40,834 nt of DNA. Source: Patescibacteria group bacterium (lineage in GTDB: Bacteria > Patescibacteriota > Minisyncoccia > Phycocordibacterales > JACOZG01). Positions within the stretch are counted from its first letter, which is position 1. Each line of letters opens with the position of its first letter. The translations under genes and the position numbers were made by a program. Where the stretch lies: positions 1 through 40,834 of the forward strand of contig JBBTTW010000001.1 in the NCBI GenBank assembly GCA_038064055.1, given 5' to 3'. The notes under the pieces were generated by a model that did not search any database, had not been told where the DNA came from, and saw only the letters and a program-made list of their open reading frames with translations. Shown here piece by piece: positions 33,887 to 40,834 of this stretch.

Positions 33887-35831
33887 AAATTGTTTCTTCA
33901 AATAAACTTGAATCGAGATCGAGGAGAAATTCAGATGGTTGATTAACTCGCGTCGAGCCGTAGATGGTGCGCACTTCGGCGTAAGAGAGGTGGAGTTTGT
34001 CGCGAGCGCGAGTGAGGGCAACGTAGAAGAGTCGGCGCTCCTCTTCCGGATCGTAATTCGGATCGGCCTCATTACCGAAGCGTTCGTGGGGGAAGAGACC
34101 CTGCTCGAGCCCAACGATGAAGACTTGGTCGAACTCAAGCCCCTTCGCCGCATGCACCGTCATTAAATTAACGGAAGGCTTCTTCTTCGCCTCGAGCGAA
34201 TCTTGATCGGAGACGAGCGCCGCGTCAGCGAGGAGAGTGGCGGCACTCTCGGCCGGCGGCAAGTGATCATATTTGAGCGCCACACTCACAAGCTCTTCGA
34301 CGTTCTCCAGTCGTTCGCGATCTTCCGCGCCGCCGACGGCGAGCGCTTCCATTAAACCGGAATGTTTAATAATCCGACTAATCACTCGCGACACTGGTTC
34401 CGCCGCCGCGGCGGCGCTAATCTCACTCAATAAATTCTTGAACTTCTCTAGCTTCTGTCGTTGACCGGCCGGCAACGTCGCTCCTTGGCCGGCAAAAATT
34501 TTAGCCAACGCCACTTTGCCCAAACCGCGTGAGGGTGAGCCCAAGGCGCGCTCGAAGCTCTCGAGATCAGCCGGATTGAGCGCCGCCTTCAAATACGCCA
34601 GCACATCTTTAATTTCTTTCCGCTCGAAGAAGCGAGTGCCGAGGACGCGGTAAGGCAAGCCGGCTTGGAGCATTGCTTCTTCAAGTACTCGAGACTGGAA
34701 GTTGGCGCGGTAGAGAATGGCGATCTGGTCCGGCACCACTCCTCGCTCGATGAGCGCCGCCACCTTCTCCGCCACGGCCGTTGCTTCCGCGCGCTCATCG
34801 AAATTGGTGAGCACCGAAAGCCGCTCACCGTCGTGGCGATTGGTGTAGAGTGTCTTCTCCACCCGATTCAGATTCTTGCTGATAATTTGATTGGCCGCCT
34901 CAAGAATCGCTTTAGTTGAGCGGTAATTCTCCTCTAGTGTCACAATCTTCGCCCCCGGGTAATCGAGTTCGAAGCGGAGCAGGTGGCGGCAATCAGCCCC
35001 GCGCCAAGAGTAAATGGCTTGATCGAGATCGCCCACGGCACAGATGTTGCGCCGCTCGCCGGCGAGAAGCCGCGCCAGTTGGTATTGGATCAAATTAGTG
35101 TCTTGGTATTCATCGATCAGTAAGTAGTGCCAGCGATCTTGATAGCGTTTCAAAATGTCGGGTCGACCATTGAAGAGGAGCACCGGCCGGAGCAAGAGAT
35201 CGTCGAAGTCGAGGGCGCCGCGCCGCGCCAGTTCGGACTCATACTTCTCCCACACCGGTAAGGCCACGCGCGCCAAGTAAGCCGAGCGACTCTGCCCCAG
35301 GTCGTTAACCATGGTGGCGTATTGCTTCAAGCTTATGCCCTCCCCCTTCTCTTGCGAGATTAGATGGAGGATGGAGCGCGGACTAAAACGCTCGGGGTCG
35401 AGGCCTAATTCTTTGATCACTTTCTTTAAGATCGAGAGCGAATCGTCATGATCGGCAATGGTAAAGTGCCGATTTAGGCCCAAAGCCGAGGCTTCTTCGC
35501 GGATAATTGAGGCGCCGAGGGTATGGAAGGTGGCGATAGTCGGCCGGCCACGAAGCGGCCCGCCTTCGGCGAGGCGAGGCAAGCCTTGGCGAACCTGCTC
35601 GAGGCCCATTAACTTAAGTACTCGCTCGAGCATCTCGCGAGCGGCCTTGTTGGTGAAGGTGACGGCGAGAATTTCTTCCGGCTTCACTCCGCTTTCGATT
35701 AGATGGTTGATGCGGTAGGCAATGGTGCGCGTCTTGCCGGCGCCGGCACCCGCGACGACGAGGAGCGGACCATCGCGATGCTCCACGGCCTCTCGTTGTG
35801 ACTCGTTTAGTTCGCTTAAGCGCTCGCTCAT
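33876..35831 (-). CDS. pcrA: UvrD/PcrA-family ATP-dependent DNA helicase
   Basis: The SF1 helicase motifs are present: LLVVAGAGAGKTRT, TFTNKAA, LIDEYQDTN, VGDLDQAIYSWRGA, and VHAAKGLEF...YVALTRA. Confidence 0.9.
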   Translation of the reverse strand: MSERLSELNESQREAVEHRDGPLLVVAGAGAGKTRTIAYRINHLIESGVKPEEILAVTFTNKAAREMLERVLKLMGLEQVRQGLPRLAEGGPLRGRPTIATFHTLGASIIREEASALGLNRHFTIADHDDSLSILKKVIKELGLDPERFSPRSILHLISQEKGEGISLKQYATMVNDLGQSRSAYLARVALPVWEKYESELARRGALDFDDLLLRPVLLFNGRPDILKRYQDRWHYLLIDEYQDTNLIQYQLARLLAGERRNICAVGDLDQAIYSWRGADCRHLLRFELDYPGAKIVTLEENYRSTKAILEAANQIISKNLNRVEKTLYTNRHDGERLSVLTNFDERAEATAVAEKVAALIERGVVPDQIAILYRANFQSRVLEEAMLQAGLPYRVLGTRFFERKEIKDVLAYLKAALNPADLESFERALGSPSRGLGKVALAKIFAGQGATLPAGQRQKLEKFKNLLSEISAAAAAEPVSRVISRIIKHSGLMEALAVGGAEDRERLENVEELVSVALKYDHLPPAESAATLLADAALVSDQDSLEAKKKPSVNLMTVHAAKGLEFDQVFIVGLEQGLFPHERFGNEADPNYDPEEERRLFYVALTRARDKLHLSYAEVRTIYGSTRVNQPSEFLLDLDSSLFEETIYVG

Positions 35832-36077
35832 GGTCCTAAATTTATATCACAGATTATCCACAGCGACCTCTTTTCTCTTTGAATAAGCCTTCGAAATTTG
35901 CTAAAATTGTAGTCACGAGTGAAAGACTGATTGGAAATAAAATGGCTTAATAAAGCCATTTTCTGATAGAGATGAAAGAAAAGTCCGTGAAATTGGCTTA
36001 TTTTACCTTCGAGACATAAAAAACCCTTATTTTCTTCCCTTTTCCCTAAAAGGCTTATTGCTCTTGGGGTTATAATA

Positions 36078-37004
36078 TTGTCTGGAATCATCATTTTTAG
36101 CACTACCACCGAAGCGATTGGCCCTTCCTTAAATTCGCAAAACATGTCGCTCTTAGAATCCGCCCTCACCCCCGACCCTGATTGGTCACGTGGTGGGGGC
36201 GAAATTGTTGTCGTTGATGACAGCGCGCTCGAGCCGGAAGCTGGCCCCCTCGGCACGATTAAAGAGTTTGATAAACTACCCGCCAGCGACAAGATTAGTC
36301 TCTATGTGGTACGCAAAGGCGACACCTTGTCCGAAGTGGCGAGGATGTTTGAAGTGACGGTGAATACAATCGTCTGGGCCAACGATCTCCGTAAGGCGAC
36401 GGATATTAAAGAAGGCCAACTCCTCGTCATTCTACCGATTACCGGTGTGCGGCACACGGTGGAGAAGGGCGAGACGCTTCAAGGTTTGGCTAAGAAATAC
36501 CACGGTGATCTGGAGGAAATCATCCAATTTAACGATCTTGCGCCTAGTGCGACGCTCGCCGTCGGTGACGTTATTATTATCCCCGATGGTGAGGTGGCCA
36601 CGCCTCCGACCACCGCCGGCGCCGCGCCGCGAGTGATCCGCGGCGGCGGGCCGAGCTATGCCGGTTACTACCTCCGGCCGATCCGCGGCGGCACCCGGAC
36701 TCAAGGTCTGCATGGCTACAATGGTATCGCCTTAGCTACGGCCGCGGGTGAGCCGATCTACGCCGCCGCCGCCGGCCGCGTCATTATCTCCAAGTCTAGC
36801 GGCTGGAACGGCGGTTACGGCAATTACGTGGTGATCGAGCACAACAATAAGACTCAAACCCTCTATGCTCACAATACGAGTAATCTCGTGTCGGTGGGAC
36901 AAGCGGTGGTGCAAGGGCAGATCATTGGTTACGTCGGCTCAACCGGTAAGTCCACCGGCCCTCACGTCCACTTTGAGATCCGCGGGGCGAAGAATCCTTT
37001 TTAA
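36078..37004 (+). CDS. LysM-domain M23-family peptidase-like protein
   Basis: Two LysM repeats are present (YVVRKGDTLSEVARMF..., HTVEKGETLQGLAKKY...). The M23 core has GKSTGPHVHFEIR. The first metal-ligand motif reads LHGYNGIA rather than a clean HxxxD, so activity is uncertain. The start is uncertain because the in-frame upstream stretch back to 35991 encodes a signal-anchor-like segment with no canonical start codon. Confidence 0.8.
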   Translation: MSGIIIFSTTTEAIGPSLNSQNMSLLESALTPDPDWSRGGGEIVVVDDSALEPEAGPLGTIKEFDKLPASDKISLYVVRKGDTLSEVARMFEVTVNTIVWANDLRKATDIKEGQLLVILPITGVRHTVEKGETLQGLAKKYHGDLEEIIQFNDLAPSATLAVGDVIIIPDGEVATPPTTAGAAPRVIRGGGPSYAGYYLRPIRGGTRTQGLHGYNGIALATAAGEPIYAAAAGRVIISKSSGWNGGYGNYVVIEHNNKTQTLYAHNTSNLVSVGQAVVQGQIIGYVGSTGKSTGPHVHFEIRGAKNPF

Positions 37005-37245
37005 ATATTAACTCTCTATGCTTAACCAACTAACTAACTCTCCAGCCATGATCACTTGAAAAAGGAAATTAGGTTGGAAAAATTGATCTAGGTAATATCC
37101 CACTCGACGCGCCCCACTTAAAAGGTGGGGCGTGCTCGTGGTAAACCCTTGGTGGACAAAATCAGGCTTTAGTGGTAGTTGTATTAGTTGGAAGATCTTT
37201 GGAACGAAACCAGCCGCCGCTAGGCGGAGAAAGTGAGGAGATGAA

Positions 37246-37983
37246 ATGCTTAACCCGGATAGATTGTTCACGGATCGGTCGCGGAAGGTGTTTGCTCTAG
37301 CCAATCAAGAGGCCCAACGCTTCAACCACGAGTACATCGGACCGGAGCACATCCTGCTCGGCTTGGTGAAGGAGGGTTCGGGGGTGAGCGCGAACGTTCT
37401 TAAGAATTTGGACGTTGATTTGCGCAAGGTGCGGATCGAAGTCGAGAAACTGGTTAAGAGTGGCCCCGATGCGGTGACGATGGGCAAACTCCCCCAGAAT
37501 CCACAAGCAAAAAAGGTTATCGAGTACGCTATCGAAGAAGCCCGAAGTCTCAGCCATAGCTACGTTGGCACCGAGCACTTACTCCTTGGGTTGCTCCGCG
37601 AACAAGATCCGCCAACGGTGGCGCATCAAGTTCTCGCTAATCTTAAGGTGGAGCTTCAGGTCGTGAGGGAAGAGGTCTTGAACCTTCTCGGGCTCGGGAA
37701 TTCGGACAAAGGGCTTGAGGGTGTAGAAGCTGCTCTCCAGAAACTAGAACTGCCTGCTGTTTCTCCAGTGGCGCCCGAATTCGGCCCGGAGAAGGTCAAG
37801 ATTCTTCGCGCTGTAGGTGATCCGGAAAAGCTGGAAACAAAATTTGCTGAATGGAGAGAGGCAAACCCAACGATCAAAGTGACTGACTACGGGTTTTCTT
37901 CCCACGCTTACGGGAAAGGTAATCCTGCTGAATTCTGTATTGCCATCTTCTACCGCGAGCTGATCAAGCCGAGTCCGAAGTAA
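37246..37983 (+). CDS. Stand-alone Clp N-terminal (Clp_R) repeat protein with unknown C-terminal domain
   Basis: Two Clp_N repeats are present (FT.RSRKVFALANQEAQRFNHEYIGPEHILLGLV..., AKKVIEYAIEEARSLSHSYVGTEHLLLGLL...). No AAA+ module follows. The RBS is GTGAGGAG. Confidence 0.8.
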   Translation: MLNPDRLFTDRSRKVFALANQEAQRFNHEYIGPEHILLGLVKEGSGVSANVLKNLDVDLRKVRIEVEKLVKSGPDAVTMGKLPQNPQAKKVIEYAIEEARSLSHSYVGTEHLLLGLLREQDPPTVAHQVLANLKVELQVVREEVLNLLGLGNSDKGLEGVEAALQKLELPAVSPVAPEFGPEKVKILRAVGDPEKLETKFAEWREANPTIKVTDYGFSSHAYGKGNPAEFCIAIFYRELIKPSPK

Positions 37984-38012
37984 TCAACTCTCGGTCAAGA
38001 GTTCCCTACCCA

Positions 38013-38050
38013 CCCCGTCCGCCTTTGGCGCGTCGGGGTTTTATTTTTTA
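38013..38050 (+). terminator. Intrinsic terminator of the Clp_N gene
   Basis: A GC-rich imperfect hairpin (ccccgtccgcc...ggcgcgtcgggg) is followed by TTTTATTTTTT. Confidence 0.6.
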
Positions 38051-38063
38051 AAAATAATTTTTA

Positions 38064-38420
38064 GACAAAAAAGAGCCGCGGTTCTCAACACAATGTCGAG
38101 AATCCGCGGCCGGCCGTTTTTTCTATTGGCCTAGTCCCGGGGTCCCACTTGCCCGAATGCTCTCGAGCTGAGTGCTTCATTTCGTTTGGTCCCAAAAGTG
38201 GTTAGTGACCCCATATCAAGAAAAAGTGCTGTTTGGCTTGGCGCTAAGGAGGGTGTCCAGACATCATTCGCGTATCTCCTACGCTCGTACCAGTCTTTCT
38301 CTTAAGCTCTGTTTTGTCCGTTGGGTTGTTTACGTCCTAGGTGTGCGTCCGGCAAAGTCTGACCCGCAGACTCCGATCCCGTCTCACCAAGACTACCAAC
38401 GAACCATTAACCTAGCCACC
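38064..38420 (-). ncRNA. Candidate ~350-nt structured RNA gene, family not assigned
   Basis: A minus-strand promoter TTGACA (38452-38447), 16-nt spacer, TATACT (38430-38425) lies directly upstream. At the 3' end is the hairpin 38075-38110 followed by CUCUUUUUUG. The 5' UGGCUAG can pair with the 3' CUAGGCCA. Several internal hairpins exist, e.g. 38353-38375. There is no credible ORF on either strand. Confidence 0.5.
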
Positions 38421-38424
38421 CATC

Positions 38425-38452
38425 AGTATACACGAATACGAAATCCTGTCAA
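38425..38452 (-). promoter_or_regulatory. Near-consensus sigma70-type promoter driving the RNA candidate
   Basis: TTGACA, a 16-nt spacer and TATACT lie on the minus strand, in a 470-bp non-coding gap. Confidence 0.55.
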
Positions 38453-38531
38453 CCCCGTTAGGGGTTTACCTCTAACGGAGTCAAGTCATTAACCATAATA
38501 CGGCCTATTTTAAGGGGTTTTTGATTAGGCA

Positions 38532-39053
38532 TTATTTCTTAACCCGAAAACCGATGGGTCGCCGTGGTTCTTCGGGCGGAATCATTAGTTGGCGGATAGC
38601 TTCGAAGACGACACTGAATTGTTTATCATATTTCTGCTCTAGCTCGGCTAATTTGCGTGCCAGATCAGCATGAGTGGATAAGATCTGGCGAAGCCGAACA
38701 AAGGCTCGCATGATTTCAATATTGACCCTCACCGCCCGGGGACTTCGGAGCACACTCGAAAGCATGGCGACCCCCTGCTCGGTGAAAGCGTATGGTAAAT
38801 ATTTACGATGTTTTCCCCGCCCCGAACTTTTAAAGGTCACAAATTGTGACCTTAGAGAGTCAGCTTCTACTTTGGTTAATTGGAACATAAAATCTTTCGG
38901 AAATCTTTCCACATTTCTTTTTATTGCTTGGATCATAACCTTTATTTCTACGCCATAAAGATCGGCTAAATCAGCATCGAGTAAAACCTTCTGCTTCCGG
39001 ATAAGTAAGATCGAACGCTCAATTCTTTCGGCTGGAAGAAGTAAATTGGTCAT
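38532..39053 (-). CDS. ORF6N/KilA-N-like DNA-binding domain protein
   Basis: The block [43 protein letters not shown]...[17 protein letters not shown] is the ORF6N-domain pattern. It overlaps the comM stop by 4 nt. Confidence 0.75.
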   Translation of the reverse strand: MTNLLLPAERIERSILLIRKQKVLLDADLADLYGVEIKVMIQAIKRNVERFPKDFMFQLTKVEADSLRSQFVTFKSSGRGKHRKYLPYAFTEQGVAMLSSVLRSPRAVRVNIEIMRAFVRLRQILSTHADLARKLAELEQKYDKQFSVVFEAIRQLMIPPEEPRRPIGFRVKK

Positions 39054-40609
39054 GAATTATTCTTTGGCCGGTATTGGAGGGCCTCAAGAAGGTGTTCATC
39101 GCGGATTGCCTCACTCCTGGCGAGATCGGCAATCGTGCGAGCGAGTTTAATGACGCGGTGGTAGGCGCGAGCCGAGAGATTGAGCCGCCGAGCGGAGTCA
39201 TTTAGTAACTTTAAACTCTCAGCCGAGAGTGGAGCGAAGGTCTTAAGCTCGCGCACACCCATTTGGCTGTTCAGTTTAATTTTATTTTTAAATTTCTTAA
39301 AGCGCTCGCCTTGGATCGCTCGCGCGCGGACGACGCGCTCGCGAATGGCCGCCGAACTCTCTTCTCGCCCACCATCGCCAAGCTTCTCCGGATCAATCTG
39401 CGGCACTTCCAGCCAGAGATCGATGCGATCAACGATCGGGCCCGAGAGCTTGCGCTGGTAGCGGGCCAAAGCGCCCGGGTTACAGATGCAATCTTGGCCG
39501 CGCAAACCGCGCTTGCCGCAAGGGCAGTAGTTCATCGTGGCGACAAGGAGGAAGTTGGCGGGGAAGGTGATCGTCCCTTTCGAACGCGAGATGGTGACGA
39601 CGCGATCTTCGAGCGGTTGGCGGAGCGACTCGATCACCCGCTTATCAAACTCGGGGAACTCATCGAGGAAGAGGACGCCCTGATGAGCCAAGGTGATCTC
39701 CCCCGGCTTCGGCGTGCCACCACCACCGACGAGCGCAATGTAGGAAGCAGTGTGATGGGGTGAGCGGAAGACGGGGCTCGTGATGAGATCTTCCATGAGC
39801 ACCCCGGCCGCCGAGTGGATACCCGTCACCTCCAAGATCTCGTCGAAGGTGAGCGGCGGGAGGATTGAGGTGAAGGCGCGAGCGAGCATCGTCTTGCCCG
39901 TCCCCGGCGGCCCGGCCATCGCCACATTGTGGCCGCCGGCCGCGGCGATCTCGAGGCCGCGTTTCGCCGTGTGCTGACTCCGCACATCAGCGAAGTCGGT
40001 GAGCCAACTTGGCTCGCGATGCTCGATGGCTGTCGGTGGTTGCAGGACCAAGGGTTCCGTTCTAACTTCAACTACCCCCTCCTCACTTCTCGCTTTCGGT
40101 CCGAGATGGTTAACGAGTTGGCGGAGATTCTTAACCCCGTAAATCTTGATCTCCGTGGTAAGCGCCGCTTCGCGCGCGTTGGCGAGCGGCAGGTAGAGCT
40201 CTTCGAAGCCGGCCTCGGCCAAGCGCCGCGCTAAGAGGAGCGAGCCTTTGATCGGCCGGAGCTCGCCACTCAAGCCGAGCTCACCGAGGAAGGCGCGTCG
40301 GGTTGTCTCAAATTTAGTTTCTCCGGCGGCCAGTAAGTAAGCGATGGCAATGGCGAGGTCGAAACCGGCACCCTCCTTCTTCAGGTCGGCCGGTGCGAGC
40401 GAGACGACCACTTTGCGATTGCCCTTCTGGGGTGAGGGGAAGCCCGAGTTCTTAATTGCCGCCGAGAGACGATCTCTCGCCTCCTCAACGGCTTGATCGG
40501 GCAGGCCAACGATGGTGAAGGAGTGCAGCCCGCGACCAATGTCGATCTCTACCTCAATCGGGTCGGCGCGCAATCCGGAAACTTGGGCTGACGGGACCTT
40601 GGCGAGCAT
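39050..40609 (-). CDS. comM: YifB/ComM-family Mg-chelatase-like AAA+ protein
   Basis: It has a Lon-protease-like N-domain ([24 protein letters not shown]...R), Walker [14 protein letters not shown] and Walker [13 protein letters not shown]-terminal helix-rich domain follows. Confidence 0.9.
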   Translation of the reverse strand: MLAKVPSAQVSGLRADPIEVEIDIGRGLHSFTIVGLPDQAVEEARDRLSAAIKNSGFPSPQKGNRKVVVSLAPADLKKEGAGFDLAIAIAYLLAAGETKFETTRRAFLGELGLSGELRPIKGSLLLARRLAEAGFEELYLPLANAREAALTTEIKIYGVKNLRQLVNHLGPKARSEEGVVEVRTEPLVLQPPTAIEHREPSWLTDFADVRSQHTAKRGLEIAAAGGHNVAMAGPPGTGKTMLARAFTSILPPLTFDEILEVTGIHSAAGVLMEDLITSPVFRSPHHTASYIALVGGGGTPKPGEITLAHQGVLFLDEFPEFDKRVIESLRQPLEDRVVTISRSKGTITFPANFLLVATMNYCPCGKRGLRGQDCICNPGALARYQRKLSGPIVDRIDLWLEVPQIDPEKLGDGGREESSAAIRERVVRARAIQGERFKKFKNKIKLNSQMGVRELKTFAPLSAESLKLLNDSARRLNLSARAYHRVIKLARTIADLARSEAIRDEHLLEALQYRPKNNS

Positions 40610-40618
40610 GGGTAGCGA

Positions 40619-40834
40619 CTAGGCGTGCTCGAGGTGTTGCTTGCAGGTGGCGGCGGCGGGGTTGGCTTCGAGGCGTTCAACTTCAATTTGATTTTGACAG
40701 ACGATGCAATTACCGTAAGTTCCGGCGTCGATTCTTGCACTCGCGGCCGTCACTTGGTGCAAGCGACCCTCAAGAGCGGCTACCATTGGTTCTCGATATT
40801 CAAACTCATCCATACGGTCGGCCACATCGACGCG
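40619..40834 (-). CDS. TraR/DksA-type zinc-finger protein (N-terminus may lie beyond the right edge)
   Basis: The block GTYGNCIVCQNQIEVERLEANPAAATCKQH resembles the C4-type TraR/DksA finger (CxxC...RL.A.P.A..C). The frame stays open to the window end. Confidence 0.55.
   Translation of the reverse strand, partial: RVDVADRMDEFEYREPMVAALEGRLHQVTAASARIDAGTYGNCIVCQNQIEVERLEANPAAATCKQHLEHA

Noticed and set aside
35854-35862. A perfect DnaA box TTATCCACA just upstream of pcrA.
   Set aside because: It is a single isolated 9-mer. One chance occurrence in about 80 kb of two-strand sequence is not unlikely, and there is no cluster or AT-rich unwinding element, so it is not called as an origin or regulated promoter.
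35828-36292. A 154-aa minus-strand ORF across the pcrA/M23 intergenic region.
   Set aside because: It overlaps the N-terminus of the LysM/M23 gene and a non-coding, AT-rich control region. The sequence is low-complexity and has no RBS.
37008-37304. A 98-aa minus-strand ORF upstream of the Clp_N gene.
   Set aside because: It overlaps the Clp_N start and its leader. It has no recognisable motifs or RBS and is probably spurious.
38064-38420. Definite assignment of the RNA candidate as RNase P RNA or tmRNA.
   Set aside because: Only partial resemblances were seen. The CR-V-like element lies mid-molecule with no room for a specificity domain, and there is no CR-I. The tmRNA-like tag frame is not accompanied by a tRNA-like acceptor/T-arm or a CCA end. 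The family is left unassigned.
38172-38492. A 106-aa plus-strand ORF inside the 38.06-38.42 kb gap.
   Set aside because: Its composition is not protein-like and it has no RBS. It lies antisense to a region bracketed by a strong promoter and a terminator, which is better explained as an RNA gene.
1-40834. Search for CRISPR arrays, tRNA/rRNA genes, transposases, integrases and IS inverted repeats.
   Set aside because: No regularly spaced direct repeats, no tRNA-like T-arm/acceptor pattern in any intergenic gap, and no transposase- or integrase-like ORFs were seen. Apart from the DGR itself (a retroelement), no transposable or integrative element is called.

Overview
This is a compact, almost fully coding bacterial window. 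Its gene content and style (small overlapping genes, a Gram-positive-type T4SS-like operon, an orphan ACP, a DGR) resemble a Patescibacteria/CPR-type genome. That placement is inference only, since no search was possible. The window spans the chromosomal origin core (rpmH-rnpA-yidC facing dnaA-dnaN, with DnaA-box clusters). It also carries housekeeping genes: polA, tsaE, a PilB-like ATPase, ruvB-yebC-ruvC, tyrS, a class A PBP, rsmA, pcrA and comM.

The main discovery is a diversity-generating retroelement (DGR) in positions 1-3300. It consists of an Avd gene, a 116-bp template repeat (436-551) and two variable repeats (835-950, 2384-2499). The variable repeats form the 3' ends of two paralogous target genes that lack signal peptides. 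All 30 TR/VR differences fall on TR adenines. The reverse transcriptase is visible only as about 21 N-terminal codons running off the left edge. The avd gene is inverted between TR and RT, and a C10/G10 tract sits at the avd/RT 5' junction. A RelE/ParE toxin-antitoxin pair is nested between the two targets.

The second system is an 11-gene, about 12.4-kb minus-strand T4SS-like operon (19.7-32.2 kb) with a split VirB4 and no coupling protein or relaxase in view.

Other observations are two promoter-flanked structured ncRNA candidates of unassigned family (9286-9455 and 38064-38420) and a sharp low-GC block covering the origin genes. Family calls rest on motifs recognised by eye, and all percentages are rough hand estimates.
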